Assembly (NCBI RefSeq): GCF_006345805.1
Contig: NC_043021.1
Coordinates: 5,704,001 to 5,768,000, forward strand
DNA: 64,000 bases
Source of the DNA: Octopus sinensis
Lineage: Eukaryota
Direction: 5' to 3'
The stretch's first letter is position 1; each line of letters begins with the position of its first letter. The translations under genes were made by a program, and so were the position numbers. The notes beneath the pieces are model-generated. The model was not told the origin of the DNA and ran no database searches. It was given only the letters and a program-made list of their open reading frames with translations. Positions 37,101 to 48,865 of the stretch are shown piece after piece.

Positions 37101-40100
37101 AGACACACAAAAAAAATGGAATGTGCATATCGGTAAACCTCTACAACTGGTGTTCATTTGGTATATTACAAACAAAATGGTCTGTAAAAATGTGAAAATG
37201 TCAAAAAAATTTGGTGAAAAACATTGTGTGTATTTGATGGGTTAAAATAAGGTGAGTGGTATTATGAAAAAGAAAAAAAAAAGGCTGTTGAAATGACATT
37301 GGTATTGTGTACAAGAATGTACTTACTACCCAATCACTTGATGTACAATGTTCCAAAGGTGCGCACACACACAAAAAAGGGTTTTGAGACAGTTGGTTGA
37401 ATGGACAACAGTTAGTGATTATTTTTCTTCCACTCCACACCATTGATTTTGTTTTTTTTTTTATTTTAATTTACTTACCTGATGTAATTTTTTTTTTTTT
37501 ATATTGCCACCTTCCATTTCGGATTGATCAAGGTCTTTATATTGGTCCTGATTACTAGTGACATTTCTCTGCTAGCCAACTATATTTAAAATCCACTGAG
37601 ATATATAAATCAGCATGCACACACACACACACATGTATATATATGCATGCTAATTAGTAATATTGAAACGCTGTTTCATTGGTTCTCTGTTGAAAACTTA
37701 GGTTTTCTATTTAAAACAAAACAAAGATTTTTTTTTTTAATTCAAGGGTTAAAAATATATGGTGATTGCAAACATTTTGAATATTTCAATCCAGTTCCAC
37801 TATATTAATCTGCATAATTATATTTCGAAATCTTGGTTGCTGAGTAAAGATATCCAAGTGGTTTAATGACTTTCCAGTACAACTGTGTATGTTGAGTTGA
37901 AATCAAAGCTGCATATTGATGGGAAATCTAAACGGTTTTAAAGCAGTGAACCCAAGTACTTTACCCTTTAATGCTCAGTCATTATCACTATTAGCCTCTA
38001 ATGTGATGAGATCCTTGAAATGTTGGTTTTACTGTACAGTCATCTTAGTACCTGAACATATTTGATATATGTTGACTTAGTGGTTGTTAGGCTTCTACTC
38101 CATCCCTTCTTTCTCGGAGATCCTCATGTGTCTAATTTCAATAAACTTTTGTTTCATGGGGGAAAAGAATTGTTTTATTGGCCTCTATTGATTTTTTTTT
38201 TTTTTTCGTTTTATGTGGCAATTTTTCTCTTATGTTTTAATTTTCTAAAGTTTCTTTCTTTTTTAAATTTTTCTTCATGCAGGCGGAGGTGGCAGTGGCA
38301 GTGGTTATGGAGGTAAGTTTCTGTAGCTTTTTTTGAATAATTCCATTTATATGATTAAGTATTTATATGACCGATTGTTTAGGTGTTATTAACATTTTAA
38401 CTGTGGGGTATATCTGGCCCAAATTATCTACCTGTTGAACGTTCAAAAGTATTTGGATCATTATTGCTAAGAAATTGGGCTGTTTAATGAAATGTAGCCT
38501 CAAGTTAGTTTGAAATGTAATGGGATACCTATAGTTGATTTTTAACAATATTGGTGGTAAGTGTAAGAAGTTGACTTCACAAAAATAGTCTCTGGTTTGA
38601 TTTCTTTGTGGCACCTTGAGCAAGGGTCTTCCTACCATAGCTAAGAACACACCAATACTTGTAGAAACTGGAGTCTGCGGAACCTGTGCATGCATGCATA
38701 TACGTGCACACACACATAAACACTATACAAAGTATCACTATTATTGTTTACAATGCCAACTGTCTACAGGATTCGTGAGCTGAAACTAGATAAAATAAAA
38801 TTGCTCCATAAGATATTGAATTTCTAATGTAATTTCATTGTAGATGGACCAATTATGGAAATGCCTGATACAGTGTTCGTTTGTGGACTAAATGAAGAGG
38901 TCACTGAAGATGCTCTAATTGAACATTTTGGAAGCATTGGTGTCATTAAGGTAAGTTGAAGCATTAATTTATTTTGTATAAGGAAGATGGCGGAACCCTT
39001 TTGTCCAAGTCACTAAGTGTTGTGGTTCTGTAATTAGAAAAATTGTTCTCGGTATACAAGATCATTAATTACTTCTACATAGATTGTTGCCCCCCCCCCC
39101 AATTTTTCTAAAATTCAATGAAATTTGAGTTGCACAGTGTTACTAAATTATTTTTGTGAATTCCTTTCTTAAGACTGATAAGAAAACAAGCAAACCAAAG
39201 GTGTGGATCTACAAAGACAAGGCGACTGGTCGCGGAAAAGGCGAGGCTACTGTGACATACGATGACCCTGAAAGCGCAAAGGCAGCTATCAATTGGTTTA
39301 ATGGTAAGTTGAGTATTTCAATATACTGTACGTGAAGTCTCTGGAACATAGAATTATTGTAAAGTTTTAAATGTGAAAGAAGTCACACTTTAAAGTGAAT
39401 GATTGGAAGTCGAAAATGTTTTTAGGATTCAATATGTCTAGGCATTGGTCATACTGGAGTTGCCCTCATTTAGATGTCTTGGTCTATTTGGTGGATTCTG
39501 ATTCAAAATAGAAATTTTCGCCTTCTAAAGGTGTCATTATTAAGGTCTGACACTTATTTAAATGGCTTTATTCCCAAATGATGGTGTGTGATAGTTATCT
39601 CTTTCCCAGGTTTTGTTTTCAAATTCCAGAAATATTTAGTACTAAAATGAAATCTAGGTTTCATAAAATCAATAACATCCTTTGAGAATGAATTTTGGTT
39701 GCTGTTAAATTGGGTTCAGTGTTCAGACCTAAATTTAGCTGTTGATGGGACTCACAAGTTTTAAAAATTCATATATTGGACTTTGTCTGTCTGTAGAAAT
39801 CAATATTCTAATATTATTTAATTTGTCTTCAATTGTTAAAGATAAGTGTTTTTTTTATGTTTGTCTAATCTGTTTTCTCACTAAATTTTTCAGAAAAAGA
39901 TTTCCAGGGCAGAATAATTAAGGTTGAAATGGCCCAGAGAAAAGCTTGGTCTAGTGGCCGTGAAGGAAGAGGTTTGTTTTGTTTTTCTGTTCTCTGTTTT
40001 AGTAATGACAGAATGTTATCAAATGTGTTTGGGGGAGATAAAAAATGGCTTTGATTTAAAGTTGTGTATACCCTTGCTTTGATATTAGTGATGGTTCTAA

Positions 40101-43100
40101 ATTAGCATCTGTTACATATGAGCGATGTTGATTGCTTTCAGTCCATGATAACTGTCTGACAATAAGGAAATATCACCTTGGAAACCAACAAGAGTTGATG
40201 ACAGGTATCTGGTTATAGAAAAATTGCTTCAAAATCTTTCATCTGATCTATGGAAATGTGGACATGGACTGTTTGATCTTTAACCCTTTAGCATTCAGAT
40301 TATTCTGTCAAATGTAAAGCTTATGTATTCACACCATGTAAAATTAATCTTGCATCATTTCATGGCTTTGAGATTTCAATGATGTAATTGTTTATTTTTA
40401 AAATGACACAATACGGTAGATATGAATGACCATATCTGACTAGTTTGAACATAAAATACATAGAACATTTTGGCCGGATATGGCCGGTTTAAATACTAAA
40501 GGGTTAAAATTGAAGTTCTAATTGTCCTACTTGACTAATACAGTTGTCTGTTAATATTAAATACATAAAGAGTTAATTTTAACTGTTCCATTGGAACTTT
40601 GCTTTAAGAAATCCTTATTTAAAAGAAATATATAAGTTATTGTTTGTGAATTTAGTAATATCAAATGAGGTGCAAGTCTTTGGAAGACACATAGGTACAT
40701 AGTAACTTGAAGATTTCTGTGATCATTTGATCTTTATGTGCACACACATACCATACATATCCAAGATTGTTGGTCTATACATGTGTAGACTGATCTTGAG
40801 TTCTTCTGTCTTTGCTAGAAATAGCAACTGAATACCTCCAAATCATTTTACTGTCTTACATAATGAATGACCATGTTGAGCAATATAATCTTGTGTACCT
40901 GTTAATTATTAGATGGTCAATTCTAGAACACCTCAATCGTGTCCAAGAAAGCTGAACCAACGATGCAGCTACAAATATCATACTTCCCTTCTAAGACTGC
41001 AATATAGTCTTTTCTACTGTAGGCACAAGATTCGAAATTTTGGGAGGGGGCCAGTCAATTGCATTGACCCCACTACGCAACTGGTACTTAAATTTGTTGA
41101 CCTCGAGAAGGATGTAAGGTAGAGTTGACTTCGGCAGAACTTGAACTCAATGTAAAGACAGACAAAATAGCCTGGCGTGCTGACATTTCTACCAGCTTGC
41201 TGCTGTGTTTTTTAATACTTAACCTCTGTTTGCTGTTGGTAACGGAGATTCACAGCAAATATTTCTTAATATACTTGGTGGTGACATTTAAAAGACATCC
41301 AGCACTCTATGGAGTGACTGGCATCCAGCTGTAGAAATCAATCCAAAATAGACTGCAGCCTGGTGCAGTTCTCTGGCTTGCCAGTTCCATTTAAATTTGT
41401 ACATCTAAGTTGTCTAATTCTGACATTTCTCATAAATATGTCTAATAAATGTTCTTTGTATTTTTTAAGGTGGCAGAGGTGGAGGCCGTGGTGGCGGCGG
41501 TGGTAGAGGTAAGTTCGATTCACTTTGTTCGTTTAATTCTTCTTGGTTTGAAAGCTTTATTCATAGACTTGTTACACCCCTACTGATCACATCAAGTTTG
41601 GGACACTCTTCCTGCAGAATTCTATTTTTGATAATTCTAATTGTATAATTTAGTATGTTAATAAGAATGCAGTTTTTTTTAAAATTAATTTTCTGCTCCA
41701 TTCCAACACCTGTGGTACCACCTTCAAGGGATAGGTCAAATTCCGGTACTTTTATTTTTAAGTCAAGTACTTATTGTGTTGGTCTCGAACTACTATGGTA
41801 CGGGGAAGTAAACGAACCAGCACCCACTGTCATTGTATATTCGCCCATATATGAAAGGCTTCCATATAGTTTCTGTCCATCAAATTCATTCACAAACCAT
41901 GGTTGGCTTCAAGCTAATAGTCGACACCAAACCCAATCTGCTGTACAGTGAGACTGAACCCAAAACCACATTCTGGTGGTTGAGCAAACTTAGCATGGAG
42001 CCATGTCTGTGTTAATGGTTAATACCAGCTTTGTGGTAACTGGTACAACACACTGATCTGGTTGGCGTAGAAGGTTGTCCTTTTAGCATTCCGGTTACTT
42101 TAAGTTAATATTTGTTCACATTGTTTCAAGATGTTGATGATGTGATTGATTAATTTTAGGACATTGTAGAGTAGGTTTGGAGGTCAGATCTGGTTCGTTT
42201 GAACATAAAAACTAGTAGGCAATTGAGCCTGATGACTGGTTTAAATGCTAATGGGTTGGGTCAATGGTGGATCGGTTTTCATTGAAGATGGAGTAGTCAG
42301 CAATGTAAATAAATCATTATTGCACTTGTCTTTAGTTTATGTGTTTCTTCTTGACGTAGACAAGTCTTGTATTTACTGTAATGTTTTCATTAACTTTGTA
42401 GGTGGCTTTGGCGGTGGCGGAGGTGGTGGTGGTGGCATGGGAGGTGACCGAGGAGGTGGTGGCGGCGGCGGAGGACGCCAAGGAGATTGGACTTGTCCTA
42501 ATCCGTAAGTTTGTTACCTTTACGTTGGTGAAATCTTGATGTTTTTCTTTTGTTTTGGCTTGATGCAGTAAATTAGTTCATTTCTAAGTCAGATTTGACA
42601 TTTACCTGTAATCATATAGATGTAAAGTATTTCAATACACAGTATAGGTAACAGTAAAAATTAATACTAATTTTGACATGTTTAATCGTTTCATTTTATT
42701 CAAATTTTTAATGAGTGGTAACAACATTTTGTTCTTGCTATTTTACCCTCTCCCTCAAACTGATTCTACCAAGTATACCTCCCCTTATGATGTAATGCCT
42801 AATCCTAAATCCTCCCTGTCTTACAAGATTTGCTTACTGTCTGGAGTCCTTAGGAGCCACCTGAACTCCTTTTGTACCAGGACTCTTTGCAGAAACTGAG
42901 ATGTCTTGTTAATTGTATGATTTAGGAGTGTCAGCTTAGACTGTTTACATTGCTTGATTTCCTGCATATCATGTTCTCTTCTCTGGGGGATCTGGCTAGT
43001 GTGACAGCTCATGTTGATTGGCTAATGTAGATGAGGAAGTATGTCATGGAGTTGGGAACTGACAGGGACCCTGCTCAGGGGTTTGCCTGAAACAGCCTGA

Positions 43101-45889
43101 GCAGAATTTGACGAATAGTAGGTGCAGTGATGCATACCCTCGTACTTGACCCCACTGTCAAGCATGTGTTTGTTCCTGGTATTAAAGCAACATTGATGCT
43201 ATATTAACAGCCTTTGTACATGCCAATACATGTCTTCTGTATTTTCTGTTCTTGTTCATCCAGAGCCTGCGGTAATAACAACTTTGGCTGGAGAAATGCT
43301 TGCAACTTATGTAATGCTCCCAAGGAAGGAATGGGCTCTGGCCCTGGTGGTCCTCCTGGTGGACCTGGTAAGTTAATACAGTTTCTATAGTGTGTATAGG
43401 GATGTGTGTGTGTGTGAAATAGAAGGAATGAAGGTAGACTAGCATTAATAAAGTTTCTATATATCTGTTTTATTGTGCGTGGCCCAGTGCTTAGATGGTT
43501 GCATTTATGATCGCATGTTGTGGCTTGGATTGGATGAGTTCACTCAGCTGTAAATGGCTAAAGCCTGCAATAGAATGGTGTGTCCTGTTCAATGGGTATG
43601 TTGGGATCCAGGTCATATGTTATGGAAAACTGGTAACCAGCTCTGATTCCTCCAACAGATGTTGATGAAAGACTTGCGTGTGGTGTAGTGGTTAAGAGTG
43701 CTAGCTACTAACCCCAAGATTCCGAGTTCGATTCCAAGCAGTGACCTGAATAATACTAATGCCGAAAAATACCTTAATTTCCCCAATATACCTGATGAGG
43801 GCTGGAGGGTATATTGGCTGAAATGTTGTGTTAACAGACAAGATGACAAATATCCGTCACATGTAAATAATGTAAGATGTTTATAGAGATGGTCTTTTCA
43901 TTCTATTTGTGTGTGTGTGTATTAATAACTTTTAAGTGTGTAGTATTTTTTGTCCACAAAAATTTTATACTGATATGGTAAATATTTTAAGATATTTTGA
44001 AGTTAACTCCATTTTGTGAAAAATTAAGTCATGTACAACAGAAACAATTCTTGGATCTCTGACTAACTAGTTTAAATATGGATCTGTAAATCTAGTGCTT
44101 TCTCTCCCTTCTCAAGCACTTTAGGCTAACATCCCTTGTCACAAACAGGTGGCACTACCACTTCGAGAGTTGTGTTGGGACTTTGGTTGCCATACATCTA
44201 CCTCAGCTTGCTAGCTGTCTAATATGGGCTTTTATTTTGTATTTCAGGTGGTTTCCGAGGTCGTGGTGGCCCTCGTGGAGGTATGGGTGACAGAGGTGGC
44301 CGAGGAGGCATGGGTGGCGGCGGCGGAGGTCGCGGTGGTGGAGGAGGTGGCGGCATGGGCGACAGAGGTATCCGTGGTGGAATGGGCGACAGAGGAGTAA
44401 GAGGCGGCATGGGTGGTGACCGTGGTGGAAGAGGTGGCTACAGAGTTGGCCCACGTGGCGGCGGCGGTGGCATGGGAGGCGATCGCGGCGGACCAAGAGG
44501 AGGTGGCGGTGGCATGGGCGGTGACCGCGGAGGTGGCGGTGGTGGTGGAGGTCCTGGTGACAGAGGCGGACGTGGTGGATTTGGAAAAGACAGAGGCCGG
44601 TAAGTTTTTTTCTTTTCTTTGTTATTAAGGAAGCAAGCTCACAAATCATTTAAGCACCAGACGTAATGCTTTGAGTGGAAAGTTTGACTTTGCCTTTCAT
44701 ATTCTTGCGGGGATCAATAGAATAACTACCTGCTTCTAGCTCTCTCCCTAAAAATTTCCAAGCTTGTGTCTATATCATAAAAGATTATTAGTGCTTGTAG
44801 GATTTATTTCTACACTTCAACCATCACATAATTCATCGGTCATCTGCTGCTCAGTTTGTGTAGGTTTTAGTTTCATCTTATTACTCTAGTTGTAAGGACC
44901 TTTAGCACATTGGGCAAAACGCTTATGTTCTGAGCTGAAGTTCTTGCGTGGTTGACATAGTATTTTGCCCAACTGGTATTTCTTCTATCTTTCCGGTCAG
45001 TTCAAATTCTGTTGAGGTTGACTATTCCTTTTGTTCAATTTGGGGTCAAATTGAACAAATGACAGTCAAGTACTGAAGTCAGTGCAATCTACTTCCCCTA
45101 CAAAAGAAAAGAACTTGAAAATTTTCAAGCCTTGTTCCTATATCGGAAAGGATTGTTACTATTATATTGGTTCCACTAGTCTTCTATTGTAGGATTTCTT
45201 TCTTAAGTTTTGATGTAATCACAACTTAGCTTCAATGCTGTCATGTAATAATCTCAGATGACAATGCATTTAATTGGAGTTTGTCAAATCAACTTGGATT
45301 TGAGAGCAGCTTTAGTTCTTTTTTTTTTTGTCTAGGACAGTATTATACACTGTACCTACTGTCCTCCCACCAAAAGACAATAGGGTTTCAAATATCAGAT
45401 TTTATTCATTGTTTAACGTCTGTTTGCCATGTTGGCATGGGTTGGACAGTTTGACTGGGGGTTGGCAAGCCATAGGCTGCTGCAGGCTTCAGTCTGACCA
45501 GGCAAGGTTTTTTTCAATTGGATGCCCTCCCTAGCACCAATCATTCTGAGGGTGTAGTGGGTGCATTTTACATGCCACTGGCACAGGAGCTAGTCAGGCA
45601 GCACTGGCATCGGCCAAATCTACAATTGCCTTTGATTTTGATTTTACTTGACTTTGTAGGTCTTTAGTGCGGCATGTCACCTGGCAATTCAAAGGTACTT
45701 AAATGGGCTGCTTATGTGACCTTGGTGTAGGCTACAGTTGTGATCTCACTTTACTTATTGTGTTGAATTAGCTAACCCATACCACCATGAATAACATAGA
45801 TGATGACAATACTGATAATTTCTTTTCTTTGTATTTTTTGCAGACCCCAAGACAGCAGATCTGAGAGACGACCAAGGCCATATCCTTAG
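23097..45889 (+). CDS. FUS/EWSR1/TAF15 (caz): FET-family RNA-binding protein (single invertebrate FUS/EWSR1/TAF15/cabeza orthologue), 17 coding exons, 1824 nt, 607 aa
   Basis: Seventeen GT-AG exons join in frame. They encode a QGSY-rich low-complexity N-terminus, RGG region, RRM (TVFVCGL...[20 protein letters not shown]), RGG, RanBP2 zinc finger ([28 protein letters not shown]), RGG3 and a C-terminal PY-NLS ([10 protein letters not shown]). Confidence 0.96.
23815..24420. repeat. Complex TA/TATG minisatellite in FET intron 1
   Basis: Direct inspection. Confidence 0.95.
24611..24812 (+). mobile_element. Short hairpin element with hammerhead motifs, copy 2 (FET intron 1)
   Basis: Same palindrome and tail (...ttaacccctactcaaccagggacctac) as copy 1; core CTGAAGA at 24683. 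Confidence 0.75.
28585..28621 (+). CDS. FET exon 2 ([13 protein letters not shown], 37 nt)
   Basis: ttttcag|AATAT...GCTGG|gtaagt; phase 1 to 2. Confidence 0.85.
28720..28795 (+). CDS. FET exon 3 ([25 protein letters not shown])
   Basis: ttcacag|C...CAG|gtgagt; phase 2 to 0. Confidence 0.9.
29156..29297 (+). CDS. FET exon 4 ([10 protein letters not shown]...YSQS)
   Basis: cttcag|GGA...TCAG|gttagt; QGSY-rich; phase 0 to 1. Confidence 0.9.
29883..29981 (+). CDS. FET exon 5 ([13 protein letters not shown]...SYSQQ)
   Basis: ctttcag|GC...CAAG|gtaacc; 99 nt, phase 1 to 1. Confidence 0.9.
31703..32023 (+). CDS. FET exon 6 (GYGQAAQPP...PPPPKNYG)
   Basis: gacag|GT...GGCG|gtaagt; 321 nt; matches ORF 31684-32070. 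Confidence 0.92.
32548..32656 (+). CDS. FET exon 7 ([11 protein letters not shown]...GYG)
   Basis: ttttcag|AC...TATGG|gtgagc; phase 1 to 2. Confidence 0.9.
36616..36653 (+). CDS. FET exon 8 ([12 protein letters not shown], 38 nt; equivalent of FUS exon 7)
   Basis: tttcag|C...GGTG|gtaagt; carries the conserved RGGFNK motif; phase 2 to 1. Confidence 0.92.
38283..38312 (+). CDS. FET exon 9 ([10 protein letters not shown], 30 nt)
   Basis: long polypyrimidine tract, tgcag|GC...GGAG|gtaagt. Confidence 0.85.
38844..38950 (+). CDS. FET exon 10 (RRM start, DTVFVCGL...IGVIK)
   Basis: tgtag|AT...AAG|gtaagt. Confidence 0.95.
39174..39303 (+). CDS. FET exon 11 (RRM core, [16 protein letters not shown]...AINWFN)
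   Basis: ttctttcttaag-type acceptor ending aag|ACT...AATG|gtaagt; 130 nt. Confidence 0.95.
39894..39971 (+). CDS. FET exon 12 (RRM end, [17 protein letters not shown])
   Basis: tttcag|AA...AGAG|gtttgt. Confidence 0.92.
40284..40503. mobile_element. piggyBac-type MITE in FET intron 12
   Basis: TTAA-CCCTTTAGCATT...AATACTAAAGGG-TTAA. Confidence 0.7.
41470..41508 (+). CDS. FET exon 13 (RGG, 39 nt)
   Basis: ttttaag|GT...AGAG|gtaagt. Confidence 0.85.
42402..42504 (+). CDS. FET exon 14 (RGG plus zinc-finger start GDWTCPNP)
   Basis: tgtag|GT...ATCC|gtaagt. Confidence 0.93.
43264..43367 (+). CDS. FET exon 15 (RanBP2 zinc finger [20 protein letters not shown])
   Basis: tccag|A...CCTG|gtaagt. Confidence 0.95.
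43676..43880 (+). mobile_element. tRNA-derived SINE with a hammerhead-like tail
   Basis: A box TGGTGTAGTGGT (43681) and B box GAGTTCGATTCC (43724), followed by the CTGATGA...GAAA motif. Confidence 0.65.
43788..43831 (+). ncRNA. Degenerate minimal hammerhead in a SINE tail (FET intron 15)
   Basis: ATAC-CTGATGA-gGGCTGG...TTGGCT-GAAA-TGT-T^GTGT; several G-U wobbles. Confidence 0.5.
44248..44599 (+). CDS. FET exon 16 (RGG3)
   Basis: tttcag|GT...GCCG|gtaagt; GMGGDRGG repeats. Confidence 0.93.
45844..45889 (+). CDS. FET exon 17 ([20 protein letters not shown])
   Basis: ttttgcag|A...CCT TAG; stop codon at 45887-45889. Confidence 0.92.
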
Positions 45890-46006
45890 AATTCTTTCTA
45901 CTTTCTCATCCCATCAGATGTAAAAGAGAATACCAATTCCTCATTTTAAATCATTTTAACTTTTTCTCTCTCTCACATTGTCTTCTCTCAGTATAATAAT
46001 GTCTTC

Positions 46007-46012
46007 AATAAA
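46007..46012 (+). terminator. Likely polyadenylation signal of the FET gene
   Basis: AATAAA 117 nt after the stop codon, followed by T-rich sequence. Confidence 0.6.
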
Positions 46013-47725
46013 GTTTTAAAATATCTTCAACTTATTATTTGTAGTCTTAGCATGTTGTTTTTAGTGTTCTGTTATTTATCTACTTTGTTACATAATCTGG
46101 TTTTCTCTTTGCCTCATTCTAAATTGAAAACCTGTTTACACCTTAAAGAATTGGCAATAAAATTACTGTTTATTTTAAGCACCGAAAAAAATGTGCCTGC
46201 AGCTACAGTGGAGAAAACTCAGGGCCGGCAACAGCACGGAAGAGGTTACTGGTCCCTATATTTTCATTTACCCAAAACCAGGAACTTTTCAGCACCCCTC
46301 GTATATTTGGCCTTTTTGCTACCAACCTGTCTGAGAGCGCTTCCTACTTTGAAGTGATCTAAATTAGAACCGTCAATCCAAATTTGATGTCAATTTATGC
46401 TCCAAACTAATTAATTTTACCAGGTTTCTCATTTTCAAAGTTGAAATAACTTGTATTTCAACGAAGATTAAGGATAACATTTAACTTTTTCACAACCATT
46501 TCTATGCCCTCTCTAATTCACTTGTTAGTCAAATTCATTGATGTTTAAGTCTATTGAAAAGGATCGATATATTTTTAGTAGAAAAATTTGGCTAAGAAAG
46601 AAAAGATGGCAAATTTTTTTTTTTTAATTACATTTATTATGACAAGAATGTAATACTGAAAACCTTCCTCAAAAGTCTTACAGAAGAAAAACAAGTGATC
46701 AAATCTGAATGTGATCAGTCTCTGCACCCGTGTTGGAGCGTGGTCTTGAAGAGACTTTTTCTTGTCAAACGAATCAGCCTTAGTACTAAACAAACCATCA
46801 AACATTGGTGGGAGAGGTATACGTTTAGTGGGACTGAACCTGGAACCATGTGGTTAAGAAGCAAACGTTACTACACGTCCATTCCCGTGTCTAGTTTAAA
46901 CACGCATGTATGAATTACATAGGTGTCCAAAGTACTGATGGTCTGTAGAAAGTATTTAGTGTAACCTGTCCAAGAGGATGATTTAGGCATTGGGCTCACG
47001 ACTGTGAGGTAGTGGGTTTGATTCCTCGATCAGGCTGTGTATTGTGTTCTTGAGCAAGACACTTTATTTCACGTTGCTTCCAGTTCACTCAACATGAAAT
47101 GAGTTGCATCGTCACTGGTGCGAAGCTGTATCGGCCCCTTTGCTTTTCCTTTGGGTAAGGGTAGAGCAGAAGGACTGGTATGCATGGGCGACTGCTGTTC
47201 TCTTCAGCGCAAATGAGACGAGGCCTACCACGAAGAGGGAGGAACACCATGCTATGACACAAAGGGCAATGGGGAAAAACTCATACGAGAAATGTTATTG
47301 TGAAAGTATATTAGGGACGAGATAATCGAGGAAGGTAGCAGGGCGATTGCTGTGATAAAAGGATACCTAACGAGAAGAAATTCCCCTGGCTGGGCACACG
47401 GTAAAGTTTACAGACAACATGTAGACCCGTGCAGTGGCCTAGAGATGGGAAAAGGCCACTTGGAAGACACCCCCCCCCCTCCACAACGGTGGAAAGATGA
47501 TTTAGTTAAGTTGGGATGAAAAAAAAGGGGGTGGAAATGTGCAATGACGAAAGAATTGGAAGCGCATCGAGAATAGCAATGTGTACCAACATCGGAGAGG
47601 CTGGGCGATAGAGAGATACAGTGACTGGCGGACGGACGTATGTATATTTTTATACGCACGCACACACATACAAATTATATATATAATCCAAGTAGACTCC
47701 AACGTTTCTGGATTTTCATAACTTA

Positions 47726-48215
47726 ACTAGCAGTATCGCTCGGGTTTGTAAGGGAAGTAACTATATAAGCATTTTTTAGAGAGTTACTTCCCTTATAGAT
47801 GCCAATTCGGGCTTTCTTAGCCATTTCTGTTTTGGTGTCTTCAAGCCATGAAGTCGTTGTTCTAAAAGAACGCTGGTCTCCTTGACAACGCTTTACGACG
47901 TTGATTTCCTTACACTCCCTTCCCAACAGCTTCACGAGGGAGGGGAGAAGCGTGCAGGTGTGACCATGGACGCCAACTCCGCCGCCATCGACACACGAAA
48001 AATTATGCATTAAAATGGAATAAAAAATGATGTTAAATTATTTTTAAAATCGTAGACTCATCGTAGACGCGCGCTAATACTCAGACGGACTCGATATGAA
48101 TCACGACTATAAGATACCCGGTTTTGGTTAAACTGCACCGCAAAATGTGGGAGTAGTTAGGAATCTAAATCGAAGGGGACAGACAATCACACGACTACAG
48201 TTTTATATATGTAGA
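47726..48215 (+). mobile_element. Probable non-autonomous Helitron/Helentron-like element
   Basis: 5' actagcagtatcgc..., 14-bp inverted repeat TAAGGGAAGTAACT/AGTTACTTCCCTTA, 3' gacagac...ttttatatatgtagat end. Confidence 0.4.
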
Positions 48216-48865
48216 TTTTCAGTTTGTATTTAAATATGTACTTACATAATTATTTTATAGCAATCATCATGGTCATATCATTCTAAGTATTCGACATTGC
48301 CTTTCATCCTTTCGGGGCCGATAAATAAGGTACCAGTTTCCAACTGGGGTCGATGTAATCGACTTAATCCCTGTTTGTTCCCTCTATGTTTTTAGCCCCT
48401 TGTGGGCAGTAAAGAAATATATTTTATTTAACCTGGTAACAATAGCGAAGTTGCTTATGTAAGGGAAATAACTCTGATACGACTTAATAACTGATATCTT
48501 GGCGAATGAGGACTGCGTTGTGTTGGAGTGTCTACTTTGACAAGGTACAGCTGGACGTTCTTACTAGCACCAACCACTTTACAGTGTCTACCGGGTACAT
48601 TTCTTAGTAAACCAATGTTATTCATTGTATGCTAAAATGTCTGCATTCTGTTTCAAAACAACAAGCCTTAGAATGGCAACCTTATGCTAGAAAATTATGA
48701 GAGGAGGAGGCCACAGCAAAACGGGTTCCTTTTTTGTCGAGTAGCTACAGACTTACATTTTAGAAAAGAAGGTGGGAGTGATCGAGTGAAAGTAGAGAGT
48801 GATAAAAAAAATGAATGGGGATGAGATGTCATCAAACTAAATCTAAACTGAAACTCTTTTACTTG

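Noticed and set aside
42229-42235. CTGATGA core in FET intron 13
   Set aside because: No GAAA or pairing stems follow.
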